A stretch of 63,826 bases of DNA, the filler included, from Ministeria vibrans ATCC 50519 (taxonomy: Eukaryota; Protista; Filasterea), in assembly GCA_943704425.1 (NCBI GenBank). It is 7 parts of 7 records of this genome, joined end to end, with 100 filler letters (N's around TTAATTAATTAA, not from the genome) between each part and the next. Parts side by side here need not be neighbours in the genome. Positions count along the whole stretch, not along the records: positions 51,213 to 54,354 come from CALSCP010001503.1; positions 54,455 to 57,312 come from CALSCP010002391.1; positions 57,413 to 60,161 come from CALSCP010001108.1; positions 60,262 to 62,519 come from CALSCP010000852.1; positions 62,620 to 63,826 come from CALSCP010000923.1; 2 more parts are not named here. One strand, given 5' to 3'. Shown piece after piece: positions 52,430 to 63,826 of this stretch (positions are counted from its first letter, which is position 1; every line of letters starts with the position of its first letter). Both the position numbers and the translations under genes were made by a program. Under the pieces are notes generated by a model. The model ran no database searches. It was not told the DNA's origin and saw only the letters and a program-made list of their open reading frames with translations.

Positions 52430-53728
52430 ATGATCTCAGTGGCACTCGCTGAGTTCGAGGCATCCTCGGCTCGTCTCGCCTCCCAGCGAGAACATGCCCT
52501 GTCTAACACTATGCGCGTACAAATCATGCGCGAAGTGTGGTCGCGCGAGCGCTCCGAACAACGTTTGCAAGAGGCAAATTCAAAAATTCTCCGACTGCAA
52601 ATGGCCCAACGCTCCACGCCCACGGTCCTTTCAGCCACTGCCGACGAGGAATACTTTGAGGCGGTCTCGCGCGGCGACTACCCGCCCGACCTTGACCAGG
52701 ACGACAGTGATCTTTTGAAACCAACATTTGAATTTCGCTCGTCATCCTCCGGCCGCTCCAAGATCCTAGGCGATCCTCGCAAGCGCAAACCCACCGTGTC
52801 CAAGAAGCACAAGAAGACGGAGCGCGTGTCGCGAAAGAAGAAGCCGGCCAAGGCGACAGCAGCCGAAGGGGAGACTGAGCCCGACATGGAGACGGAACCC
52901 GATGCTCCAGCCGCAACAACAGCGGAACAAACTGCCACAGCAACATCATCACCAACGTCGTTGGGGAGCCTACTCAAGATGGACACGGCGTTGGCATCGA
53001 CATCGACGGGTGCGAAATCCACAATGGACACACCGGACGAGCTGGACACGACAGTGCCGGACGAGGACATGCCGATCACCGTTGAGACGTCACCTCCGCA
53101 GTCCGCGTCAAAGAAGACGCGGCGCCGCCAACGTGTCGTCGATGATAATGATGAGGAGCATACCGACGAGACGAGCCGTTCACCTGCCACCAAACGTGCT
53201 CGTCACCACACACCCACACCAAAGAAATTCAAGTCTCCGGCCAAGTCTCTCGCGCTCAACAACGACAACGACGTGGCAGATTTCGCCAAGGAACGCACAG
53301 AGTCGACAAGCTCTGAGGTGACCCAGCAACCCATTTCCACGACTCTGACCGCGAACGGTCAGACGAAGGAGTCAAAGAAAAAGATGAAGAAGAAGAAGAA
53401 GTCCAAGAGCGACGCGGCGGTATCCATGACTGAGTCGTCGTCAGCGGACACCCATCAGCTACAACACAAAGTGGGGGAGACACACAGCGACAAGCTACAC
53501 CACAAGGAGAACACCATGCCGCGCGTTTCCATTGCCGCCGCCGCACTTGGCCCTCCGCCCCCGCCATCGACCCTCAAGAAGAAGAAGATGAGAGAGAAGA
53601 AGAAGGCGGCTGCAGCGGCTGCCGCTGCTGCTGCTCTCGCTGCCACGACACGTCCTTCCTTCTCTCTTGGTTCCATTGCTGGCTTCAAAATGCCCAAGAT
53701 GAAGTCCAAGAAAATGATCAAGACATAA
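52430..53728 (+). CDS. Coiled-coil + Lys/Ser/Thr-rich low-complexity protein (probably the last exon of a longer gene)
   Basis: 432-codon ORF; acceptor tctcag at 52439 is phase-compatible with a candidate exon 51483-51557. Confidence 0.7.
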   Translation: MISVALAEFEASSARLASQREHALSNTMRVQIMREVWSRERSEQRLQEANSKILRLQMAQRSTPTVLSATADEEYFEAVSRGDYPPDLDQDDSDLLKPTFEFRSSSSGRSKILGDPRKRKPTVSKKHKKTERVSRKKKPAKATAAEGETEPDMETEPDAPAATTAEQTATATSSPTSLGSLLKMDTALASTSTGAKSTMDTPDELDTTVPDEDMPITVETSPPQSASKKTRRRQRVVDDNDEEHTDETSRSPATKRARHHTPTPKKFKSPAKSLALNNDNDVADFAKERTESTSSEVTQQPISTTLTANGQTKESKKKMKKKKKSKSDAAVSMTESSSADTHQLQHKVGETHSDKLHHKENTMPRVSIAAAALGPPPPPSTLKKKKMREKKKAAAAAAAAAALAATTRPSFSLGSIAGFKMPKMKSKKMIKT

Positions 53729-54749
53729 AAAGGAACTTTTTCAATTGCTTTGTTTCAGTTTACAAACGGAGGTAAATAATAAGATGTATTTAACTCGTCT
53801 AAGGCTCACGCAGTCAAGAGTCGAGAGAAACTAGGTCGCTGTGTTTGGAGCCTCACACCTCACCCCTGTCACCTGTGTGTGTCCGGACGTCAAGAAAAAG
53901 AAAGGACACATTATTTCTGAGATTCCAATCATATGCTAATCAGCGTCACCATAATCAATAATTAATCATTCATCATTTTGACACTGTGCGCTTCTGATTA
54001 TGCTTTTCGTGCTGTCTCTGCTCCTCGTTGCATCGAGCACGTGCACGTACGCGGCGGAGATTGGCCATGGTAAAGACAACCTTTCAGCTTCCTTAAGCTT
54101 TCTCTCACTGTCTCCACCTCTCTTTGCCGATAATTAATGCCGCCTAGTGGTCCTGCCGTCGCCGACACTAAGCGTGGACAATGCGCCCATGACCGCGTCG
54201 TACACGCTGTCAAAGCCGCTGTCCGCTCAGGAGACTGTCGTTGTGAGCGTTTCGACCCCCAACACAACTCTGGTACGTATACACATGCAGCGAGCGCCTG
54301 TCCGTCGTGTCGATGCGTGCTAGACACACACTGCTCCTGGTTTGCACCCCCCCCNNNNNNNNNNNNNNNNNNNNNNNNNNNNNNNNNNNNNNNNNNNNTT
54401 AATTAATTAANNNNNNNNNNNNNNNNNNNNNNNNNNNNNNNNNNNNNNNNNNNNAGGAGAAAGAAACAAAGTGATAGAGAGACTGAGACAGAGAGAGAGG
54501 AGAAAGAAACAAAGTGATAGAGAGACAGAGAGACAGAGAGAGAGAGGAGAAATAGAGAGAGAGGAGAAATAGAAAGAGAGAGGAGAAATAGAGAAAGAGA
54601 GGAGAAATAGAGAGAGAGAGAGAGAGAGGAGAAAAAACAAAGTGATAGAGAGACTGAGACAGAGAGAGAGGAGAAAGAAACAAAGTGATAGAGAGAGAGA
54701 GAGAGGAGGAAGAAACAAAGTGATAGAGATGCGGTGGCATGGGACGTAC

Positions 54750-55050
54750 GCAAAGCACTCTTCGGCGGTGTTGTCTGCAAACGTAACGATGCACGACGCC
54801 TGAAGAAGATAAGCAGAGGATGAGCTCAGACGGGGGACGCACACACATACACACACACACACACACACTAAGCGTACTTTGTGGAGGCATGCAACGCATG
54901 GGAACCATGCGCCTGTAGCACAACAAAAGAGAGAGAGAGGAGAGGAGAGAGAGTGAGAGGAAAGTGAATTTTCACGTGTCTCTGACCTGGTCTTAAAAAC
55001 GACACTATCGGAGCCTGTGCTTGAGCGATACAGTCACCCGTCGAAGACAT
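54750..55050 (-). CDS. 5' exons of an unidentified gene, truncated at contig end
   Basis: MSSTGDCIAQAQAPIVSFLRP|GAWFPCVACLHK|ASCIVTFADNTAEECF joined by GT-AG introns. Confidence 0.4.
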
Positions 55051-55158
55051 CAAACTTGAAAAAATACGTGTATCAAGTAACAAAACTGTGTGAAAGAAAC
55101 AAGTTAAGATAATTCAAATTTCATATTGACTTACTTATTCTTCACAACTTTCTTTAGT

Positions 55159-55863
55159 ATGATGGACGACATTGGACGTGCGCTCGATGCACTCTCGTTG
55201 TTCATCGACGACAACGTGCGAGCAATACGAGCGACCGCCTACGGCTGCATGTTTGTCGGGGGTCTCATGATTGCGGTGAGTTCGCGCCGACTGCACCCCA
55301 TGCGAAAGCTGTATGTGACCGACTCGGATATCCCCACCATGGTGGTGAATGGAGGATCCTTCCGGGCCGTGGTGGCTTCGGTGAACTCGGGCGAGCGCGA
55401 GCTCTTCGTTGACGTCGTCCATTCGCCCTGGTTCCGCCGTCGAACGGTGATTGCCTCGGCCAATAACGGCGACGAGCCGCCCCTGCCGCCCCCTCCACCT
55501 CCCATCCGGCTACGTCTGGCCGGTCTGCAAATCGACCACAACACGGCGGGTGCGTGTGTCTTTCAGCTCAGCGAGAGAATCGCCCATCAAAAAGTTGTGG
55601 TGAACTTGCTTCATCGTTCGCCAGAGGGACAACTTGTCGCTCGTCTCTCTCGCGGCTATCGACGCGACGACGTCGCCGAGGATCTGCTCCGCTCAGGCCT
55701 TGCTCGTGTTGATGGTGACTCACTTCCGCTCGACAAAAGCGGCACGCGCCTTCTTCGGCGCTACTGTGGCGCCCAAATGGTCGCCGAGCGCAACAGTCGC
55801 GGCCAATGGCACGAACACCGCCCTTCTCTCTTCGAGCAGCTTCAGCGGTTCTTTTGGCCCTAA
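55159..55863 (+). CDS. Staphylococcal-nuclease-fold membrane protein (C3orf33/LCL3-like)
   Basis: N-terminal hydrophobic helix; IRLRLAGL; VAEDLLRSGLARV; AQMVAERNSRGQW. Confidence 0.7.
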   Translation: MMDDIGRALDALSLFIDDNVRAIRATAYGCMFVGGLMIAVSSRRLHPMRKLYVTDSDIPTMVVNGGSFRAVVASVNSGERELFVDVVHSPWFRRRTVIASANNGDEPPLPPPPPPIRLRLAGLQIDHNTAGACVFQLSERIAHQKVVVNLLHRSPEGQLVARLSRGYRRDDVAEDLLRSGLARVDGDSLPLDKSGTRLLRRYCGAQMVAERNSRGQWHEHRPSLFEQLQRFFWP

Positions 55864-56149
55864 CACCCTTTACAACGGCGCCCGTCTCTCCTTTTCTCTC
55901 TCTCTCTCTCTCGCTCTCACTCTATATGCGTGCGTGTGTGCGTGTGCGTGCGTCATTGAGATTGGCATGTGTGTGCCAGTGTCTGTTATTCTATTGTACG
56001 AATGTAATATATTTATTTTTATCATCGTTGTCGTTGTACACATTGTGTTATTGAACAAAGAAGAAAACAAGTTTAAGCGGCGAACAACAATGTATGATGA
56101 GAATTTTAATAAAAAACTTGTAGTATTATTATTCTTATTATAATAAGAA

Positions 56150-56290
56150 AAATAGAGAATCGAGAGCTGTACTCTCAATGTCAAAAAAAACTATAAAAAC
56201 AAAAAAAATGAGCAGCTCAATACTTCCGCCGTAGACTTCCAGGCAAGAATGTCCCAAAAGAAGCCCATAGACCCACTGATACACCCATTT
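56150..56290 (-). mobile_element. Dispersed ~160-bp repeat, copy 3 (5'-truncated, inverted)
   Basis: Reverse complement matches 6302-6458 and 30133-30294. Confidence 0.75.
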
Positions 56291-56435
56291 ATTTTTCTTA
56301 CTATAATAATATTATAATTATAGTTATTATTATTATTATTATTCATGACGAGTATTGACAGTCATAAATCATAATCACTTCTGTGTGTTGATTGTGTTAT
56401 TCTTCTTAATCACTTCTTTCTTTTCTTCCGACACC

Positions 56436-57014
56436 ATGGAAGTAGGATCGTTTCAAGTAAGACGTCTGCCCATACGACACCCGCACGCATCGTGGGTCTC
56501 CAGTAATGATGTCTTTCGTTTGCTCTGCAGGAAGTGTGCAAGCGCAAGCGCACCAACATCGACCGCGTCCAGTCCAGGCGTCTCGAGGTAGAGAGCAACT
56601 TATGAGGGGGTGGGGGGGAGCTCTAACGGGTGTGTCTAGGAGGTGTTCAAAGCGGAGTGTTGGCCAAAGAACGACCAGAAAAAGGCATTGGCTGATGAAC
56701 TCAAACTGAGTCTCAATGCCGTCCAAATCTGGTTTCAGAACCGTCGAGCACGAGCCAAAAAGGCCGAGCAGGAGAGCAGCAAGCGGGCTGTCGAGGAGAA
56801 GCGCGCGTTTGAGAAGACGCGGCGACGACAAGAAGACATTGTCGGACGGTTTGTCGACGCGAAACGGAGCGAGCGCACCAGCGAGACACTGCATGCGTAC
56901 AGCCATCCGCTGGGCTATGGCGGTCCGCTCTTGGCCCTCGACGACGACCAGACACGCGCCGCCCGAACCGTACTGCAATGCTGTTCTTTGCTCTGTCACT
57001 CATCGACAAACTCC

Positions 57015-57047
<33 letters not shown>

Positions 57048-57250
57048 GTGCCTTTGTGTGTGATGGATGCTCTGCACTTTTTTTTTTCTCTCTCTTTCTT
57101 TCTCTCTCTCTCTCATATTGTGTAGGTCGATTCATATGAAGTTCCGCGACAAGAAACCATATTGGTGTCGGTGGAGAGTGCGTCGAGTGTCCCTCGACGC
57201 GGCAAAGCCCCTGCGGCACTGGGAAAAGGCAAACGAAAGTCCCTTGAGGT
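56436..57250 (+). CDS. Non-TALE homeodomain protein (Q50), 5' exons
   Basis: MEVGSFQ|EVCKRKRTNIDRVQSRRLE|EVFKAECWPKNDQKKALADELKLSLNAVQIWFQNRRARAKK. Confidence 0.88.
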
Positions 57251-57278
57251 GCGATTGGGTTTTCCTACTGCTTTGCCC

Positions 57279-57310
<32 letters not shown>

Positions 57311-57412
57311 TTNNNNNNNNNNNNNNNNNNNNNNNNNNNNNNNNNNNNNNNNNNNNTTAATTAATTAANNNNNNNNNNNNNNNNNNNNNNNNNNNNNNNN
57401 NNNNNNNNNNNN

Positions 57413-57483
<71 letters not shown>

Positions 57484-57529
57484 GCGTGTGTCTTTGTCTT
57501 GTGTGTGTGTGTGTGTATGCGTGCATGTG

Positions 57530-59595
57530 TTGATATTCGATGCATTACCAAATGGGCTTGTGCAAAAGTCATTGACTGCCGTGCCTGAATAATAAAAGGC
57601 GATAGAAGCGAGAAAAGGGTTAGTTGATTCTGAGGTAGGAAATGTATTGTACCAAAAGTGATGCTGAATGTGATTGTGTTGGTTGCGGAACGAATTGTTG
57701 AGACGGTAGACTATAAAGAGGAGAAGATTGAGAAAAGGTAGTGCCAGGGGGTTGGTGTAAATAGTAAGTGTGAGTTCGCACAAAGGGAATAACCGTCTTT
57801 TCGGTGTGAAGGCCACAGTCGGAAGCAGAGATAAAGAAGCGATGTGAGAAACCGGCGGGAACAGAGTTGATCTGAACGTATTCGCTGGAGGAACTGAGAT
57901 CAGTGTTGGAGGTCACAGTGAATGTCAGGTCGGTCAGAGGCACATCAGTAAACACCATTGATAGAGTCGACGGGTAGTATGCATTTGTTTTTGTCTAATA
58001 GAGAGAGACAATCAAGGGTGAGATCTTAGTGTGGCAGCTTTTGTTTTTTTTTTTAGGGGGGGAGGGGGGTCATTACAATGAGCTCGCTGGTGTACGAAAT
58101 GGAGCAGGTGGCGCCATTGGAGCATGGGCTTGAGATACACGCATCGATAATCTCGCAGTGGGTACCGACAATGCCAACACTGAGAGAGAATGAGACAATG
58201 AGAAAAAAATTTAGTGAGAGTAAGTGTGAGTGAGGGAGAGAGTGAAAAAAAGTGAAAGAGATCAAAAAAGATAGAGAGGGAGATGGAGAGATGGAGAGAG
58301 CATGCACATTTTTGGACAGTGCAATAGTACAAAAAGTATGTTCTTACGGGCAGACACAAGTGTACGAAGCGATTCCGTCCGTGCACGTTCCGTTGTTCTG
58401 ACACGGACCCGATTGACACTCGTCGATGTCAGTCTCACAGAAGTCGCCTGTGTAGCCTGGTGCACAGCTGCAGGTGTACGAGGCAATACCGTCGGTGCAT
58501 GTGGCGCCGTTGGTGCACGGGCTCGAAGAACACTCGTCAATCTCAGACTCACAATGTGTTCCCGTGTACCCGGCATGGCACGTACACGCAGAAAAAGACC
58601 CAAACTCGTCTGCAATGCACGTTGCAGCATTCTCGCTTTATTTAGGATGAGCAAAAATGTGTATATAAAAAGACAGAATGAGTTGAGGAGAGGTTAGAGG
58701 AAGGGCCTTACCAGGGCTGTGAGTTACACTCGCCGACAAACGACTCACAATTGTCTCCCGCGTACGTAAAGTGACAATTGCAAAAAAACTACAAATCCAA
58801 CAAAGTAAGGCCAGCAATTGCAGAAAAAATCAAGGTTTAGTAGATCAATAGTCATTGTGATCAAATTAAAATATAACTATAGATTATTACATTGTTCGAC
58901 GCAGCTTCAGTTGACAACTGAGCCGAAACTGCAATAAACAAAAGGAACACATTCAAGCCAAAGTCAGTTCTGAATCTTTTATCCCTCTCGTTTTGGATTC
59001 TACCGAATGGGTTTGCGCAAAAGTCATTGACTTGGGTACCTACGTACACGAGCAGACAATACAAAAAGTTTTATTACAATAAAACAATAACTGTTATTGT
59101 GTTTTGAAATTTGTTTTTTGTCCGACTTTCTTACCAAACGTGACAGTAAATGTGATTGAGTTGGTCGAAGAACGAATGGATGAAACGGTAGACTATAGTA
59201 AATGAGAAAAAAAAACAAAGGCAGAGGTGGAGAGGAAGAGAACAAAAGGTTAAAAATGAGTGAGTGACGACAGCGGGAGAGAGGAAAAATGGTATGTGGT
59301 TGTGTGCTCACGAAAGGAATGACGGTCGTTTCGGTGTGAAGACCGCAGTCAGAGGCGGAGGTGAAGAAATTATGGGAGTAAGACCCCGAAGTGAACTGGA
59401 CGTATTCGGAGCTGGAAGAAAGATCCGTCTAAATTGAAATAGAAACCAATTGAAAGATGAGTATGAGTATCTTCTTGAAAGGACACAAAAGGATAGTGTA
59501 CGTTTGATGTGACGGTCAGTGTCAGAGCAGCGTCAGGAACATCTGGGAACACAAATGAGAGAACGGTCGGATAATAGGCATTGCCTTGGTTCTAC
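57530..59595 (-). CDS. Internal exons of an EGF-repeat protein with a duplicated unrecognised domain
   Basis: EGF exons at ~58075-58180, 58350-58620 and 58710-58790; two copies of [41 protein letters not shown]. Confidence 0.7.
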
Positions 59596-60119
59596 AAACA
59601 TTTGAAGGTGAGTGTGTGTGTGTGTGTCATTATGTGTGAGTGTGTGCGTGTGTGTCGTATTCTCTCTCTCTCTGTATCACTTTGTTCTTTCTCCTCTCTC
59701 TCTCTCTCTCTGTATCACTCAGTTCTTTCTCCTCTCTCTCTCTCTGTATCATTTTGTTCTTTCTCCTCTCTCTCTGTATCACTTTGTTCTTTCTCCTCTC
59801 TCTCTGTATCACTTTGTTCTTTCTCCTCTCTTTCTCTGTATCACTTTGTTCTTTCTCCTCTCTCTCTCAGTATCACTTTGTTCTTTCTCCTCTCTTTCTC
59901 TCTGTATCACTTTGTTCTTTCTCCTCTCTTTCTCTCTGTATCACTTTGTTCTTTCTCCTCTCTCTCTCTGTATCACTTTGTTCTTTCTCCTCTCTCTCTC
60001 TCTCTGTATCACTTTGTTCTTTCTCCTCTCTTTCTCTCTGTATCACTTTGTTCTTTCTCCTCTCTCTCTCTGTATCACTTTGTTCTTTCTCCTCTCTCTC
60101 TCTGTATCACTTTGTTCTT

Positions 60120-60161
<42 letters not shown>

Positions 60162-60858
60162 NNNNNNNNNNNNNNNNNNNNNNNNNNNNNNNNNNNNNNN
60201 NNNNNTTAATTAATTAANNNNNNNNNNNNNNNNNNNNNNNNNNNNNNNNNNNNNNNNNNNNCACAAATCATCGGAGTACACATGGTATTAGAAGAGACGT
60301 CACAGAGCATTCTGACGGCAAAGACTGGAGGCGTGAAACACCTCCTAGTAGGTTGAAAATCAAAAATAATTATGATTCTGCAAAATAATAAGTTAACTTG
60401 CACTGTCTCGGTGACTGTTGAAAGAACAAAAGGGACAAAATTCGGACAAACCGGCTGAAAAGATTGAATTTCCGTTAAGAAAAAAACGGCAAGTCGGTGT
60501 ACAATGGCACACAAATCCAATGAAGGGCAAGGCGCGACCAAATCATCGGTGGGAAAGAAAAGCGGAATGAGATGCTTAAGGAGAGAATAAAAAGGTCCAG
60601 AAAGAAGGTCCGGGAGAAGGTCCGAAAAAGGAGAAAAAAAAACGAAACGCGCTCGAAACACGTTAGGAAGGATGGAATTCAGGCCGGTATTGGACAGTGG
60701 CGTGTAGTGTCCATGTCAGCAATGGACAGCGATGGATTGGGAGCGATGCGCAGACGTAAAGTGTTTTTTTCTGTTCTTTTTCGAAGGGTCAATACTTCAG
60801 AGAAACGGTGAGAAATGGTTGAAAACACGTTGAAATGAGGCTGAGCGAGCGGATTTAC

Positions 60859-61077
60859 CTGAGCAGCATTAGATTTGACTTCGAATCCAGCAAAGGCGAC
60901 CTCCCACTCCGGCGAGGTGGGCTCAGGAGTCGCAAATGTTTCGTTGATAAGCAGTTGTGCTTCACAAGGGCTTGTCACTGACCCAAGCTCGACCTCGGGA
61001 CCAGCTCCCGACAGGGTGCTGCCCGGAAGGGCCATTGTGGTCGACACTGCAACAAGAAGCAGTGCGAATAAGAGCAT
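60859..61077 (-). CDS. First exon of a probable secreted protein
   Basis: Signal peptide MLLFALLLVAVSTTMA; exon ends at CAG|gtaaat; downstream exons unresolved. Confidence 0.5.
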
Positions 61078-61370
61078 CAGAGAATAAAATAAATAATAAA
61101 CTTTATCGAAACCCCAAACCTTATCTCTATAACTAATTTAGTACATCACTCAGAATTTCGTACCTATTTTCGTTTCGTGTTGGTGAACAACACTGAATGT
61201 GAATTTGGTTCCTCTTCTCTCATCGCTAATGATCAAATGTCCATTGATTACTTGAATTCCTCTTCCATTTTCTCAAGAGGGGTCGTCGATTGTCGATAGA
61301 ATGGTGGAAGGAAGGTGGAAGTTAGAATTATTTTCATTATAGCAATTAGCTGATCAACTATAATAATTAG

Positions 61371-61658
61371 AAGAAGAAGAATACAACCTATTTATTAATG
61401 ATACAGTCACCACGCGAAGACACAGCCAGAGACTGTCTTAGTGCAAACTCAACCAAAACTCTAGAGGTTACATGGGAGAACAGTGGCAGGTCAGAGTGCT
61501 GTGTTGTTGTCACTATAGTGAGGCAATCGCAATGGTACGCCACTGCTCTCCCATGTTATCTTTAGAGTTTTGGTTGAGTTTACATAAAGGTGGTCTGGTC
61601 TGGCTGTGTCTTCGCGTGGTGACTGTATCATTAATAAATGGGTGGTATTCGTCTTCTT
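61371..61658. mobile_element. ~290-bp foldback palindrome / MITE-like element
   Basis: 61391-61430 is the exact reverse complement of 61599-61638; inner arms also pair; central palindrome CACTATAGTG. Confidence 0.8.
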
Positions 61659-61700
61659 TACTACTAATATTATTACAAAACATACTCTCAGCGTGATAAG

Positions 61701-62410
61701 TTACTCTGTGGACTGAACGAAACGAGAAAGACTGGAAGAAGAAGAAGGAGGAGGAGGGAAGGAAGGAAGAGCAGAGGAAGGAACACTATTTGGCTGATGT
61801 TGCTGTTGTTGCTGTTGTGATTGGCGGTTCTTTAGATCACCCGTTGTGTGGTTCACCCGTACTTGAGATCCATTGACGACTAATCCGTTGGTCGCCAGTG
61901 CCAGTTCTTGAGCTTGTTTTGTGGCGAATGAAATGAACCCAAACGGTTTCATTTCGTATGTTCTACAAAAGTGATTGTTTTCGTTTTTGTTTTTTGTTTG
62001 TTTTTAATAGTGTTTACCGGACTAATGTGACTTCTCCAAAACGTGAAAAGACTTTGCGTAGATCACTTTCTGTCATCCTACACACAAAATAATGATAAGA
62101 TAAAACAACTCAGTGTGAAGCCGTTAGTGTTTCTGTTGTCATACGTTGAGTTAAGGCCACCGACAAAGACTGTAAACCGCTCACGACCGCCTCCAGAACC
62201 GCTTGATCTCGCGTGTCCCTGGCCCGGGGTTGTTCCGGCAATCTTGTCCTGCGCCACAATGGTTGCGTCTTCCTCCTCCTCGTCGTCATCCACGTTGAGA
62301 CGCACGTCCTCCTCGCCGCCTTCCGTCCGCCGGCGCTTCTTCGACACCAATCGACTGGCATTCTGCGCGGTCTTGGCCTCGATGCGTTTCTACAAGTCGT
62401 TACACAGTTT
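61701..62410 (-). CDS. RRM RNA-binding protein, 3' exons
   Basis: RNP2 VFVGGL; DLRKVFSRFGEV; RNP1-like KPFGFISF. Confidence 0.8.
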
Positions 62411-62413
62411 GAG

Positions 62414-62519
<106 letters not shown>

Positions 62520-62619
62520 NNNNNNNNNNNNNNNNNNNNNNNNNNNNNNNNNNNNNNNNNNNNTTAATTAATTAANNNNNNNNNNNNNNNNNNNNNNNNN
62601 NNNNNNNNNNNNNNNNNNN

Positions 62620-62850
62620 TGATCGCAATGACGGATGAGTGAGTGATCATAATGGCGGATGAGTGAGTGATCACAATGATGGATGAGTGAGTGATCACAA
62701 TGATGGATGAGTGAGTGATCACAATGACGGATGAGTGAGTGATCACAATGACGGATGAGTGAGTGATCACAATGACGGATGAGTGAGTGATCATAATGGC
62801 GGATGAGTGAGTGATCACAATGATGGATGAGTGAGTGATCACAATGACTG
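62620..62850. repeat. Intronic 21-bp minisatellite (ggatgagtgagtgatcacaat..)
   Basis: About ten tandem units in the IST1 intron. Confidence 0.85.
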
Positions 62851-62870
62851 TCGGAGAGTGTTTGGCGCAC

Positions 62871-63392
62871 CTTGATGCGTGCACTCTCTTCCTTGCTCTT
62901 CTCCAGAAGCTTTCCGATTTCCTTGCGCGCGGCCACACTCTGGTTGGCTAATGAGAAAAAGGAGTCGAGTTGAGTTGAGTCGAGTGGGAATGTTTTTCCT
63001 TCAACGTCCTCTGGTGGAGAACATAGGGGGTCTACCGGCGAAGGGCGCTGGCAAGAGGTCCGTAATATGGATTGCAATGAATGGATGGGCCGCTCGGCAG
63101 TGGAGCTGCAGCGGTGTGATGATACGAAAGGATTGACGAAAAAAGAGAAGAAAAAAAAACGAAATGGGGGAAATTTCCATAAAACGAAAGAAAGTGAGAG
63201 AATTACGACAGTGCGAAGGAAAGAGCGGGAAGGAGGCGGGCGGGGGGGACGGGTGGACGTGCGGATGGGGCGTGGTGGCGCAGGAGGAGCGCGAGAGAGT
63301 CGGGTTGAGTTACATTTCTTCGCTTGAAGCATTTTCAGGCGCGTAATGGCCATTTTCAGCTGCACTTTGAGCTTGACTTTGTCGAATCCCAT
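62871..63392 (-). CDS. IST1: IST1 (ESCRT-III associated), first two exons
   Basis: MGFDKVKLKVQLKMAITRLKMLQAKK|ANQSVAARKEIGKLLEKSKEESARIK. Confidence 0.9.
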
Positions 63393-63826
63393 GGTTGGTG
63401 AGTATGAGTAGTCAAAATAAATGAATCGAAATAAAAAACAATTAAAAATAATTATTATAATATATTTTTGGGAATTTTTTACTCACAAATTACTCACTGG
63501 AGAGTCAAGCCCATCACTCACTCATATCCCATAAGTGCCATTGTCCATTGACAGTTGGAGCTTGTTACTTGGACGTCTGATCGAAGATAGCTACGACGTC
63601 CAACCTTATTGTTCTTTCGTTGCTTCTTTCACCTTTCTTTCACTTTCATTTTGTACGGTAATGTTTATAATTATCATTATTTTATTCATCTTCTCGCCTG
63701 ATGACCCCGCATGAGCGATCTCACTCTATGTTACAGCTATGGTCTGCTGGCAGCCGTGTCGCCCTGCGTCATTGTTCTCGTACGGCCTCCCCCTCTCCCT
63801 CCCCGTCTCCCCCTCCCCCTCCCCCC

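Noticed and set aside
54137-54290. Short Cys-containing ORF before a contig end
   Set aside because: May be a first exon but is too short and truncated to support a call.
59581-60217. ORFs rich in SLSL/ERER/VCVC
   Set aside because: Translations of microsatellites and minisatellites.
62620-62850. CRISPR-like regular repeats (also 13792-14055, 38490-38640)
   Set aside because: No unique spacers or cas genes; eukaryotic minisatellites or coding repeats.

Overview
Compact, intron-rich eukaryotic nuclear DNA made of about seven contigs joined by artificial N-TTAATTAATTAA-N linkers. Gene content (adhesion GPCR, Notch-type EGF arrays, MTCH2, TPC2-type channel, syntrophin-like PH exons, Cip/Kip inhibitor, ZBBX and Tctex1D) suggests a flagellated unicellular holozoan (inference). 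About 28 spliced protein genes or fragments are recognisable. Most notable: (1) a tRNA-Pro(CGG) gene with two introns, a canonical 37/38 intron plus a non-canonical 28-nt intron at 25/26 whose ends fall on the cut positions of a relaxed bulge-helix-bulge; (2) an adhesion GPCR whose GPS sits about 390 residues from TM1, separated by an EGF x6 + ZU5-like 'HFS' cassette that is shared with a neighbouring single-pass Notch-like receptor, suggesting a ZU5/HFS self-cleaving receptor system; (3) nested or interleaved genes (a 7.8-kb TPC intron holding several genes; Tctex1D filling an antisense intron), where misassembly must be excluded; (4) a small Helitron-like repeat family and a ~290-bp foldback element. 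All homology calls are from motif recognition by eye, not database searches.
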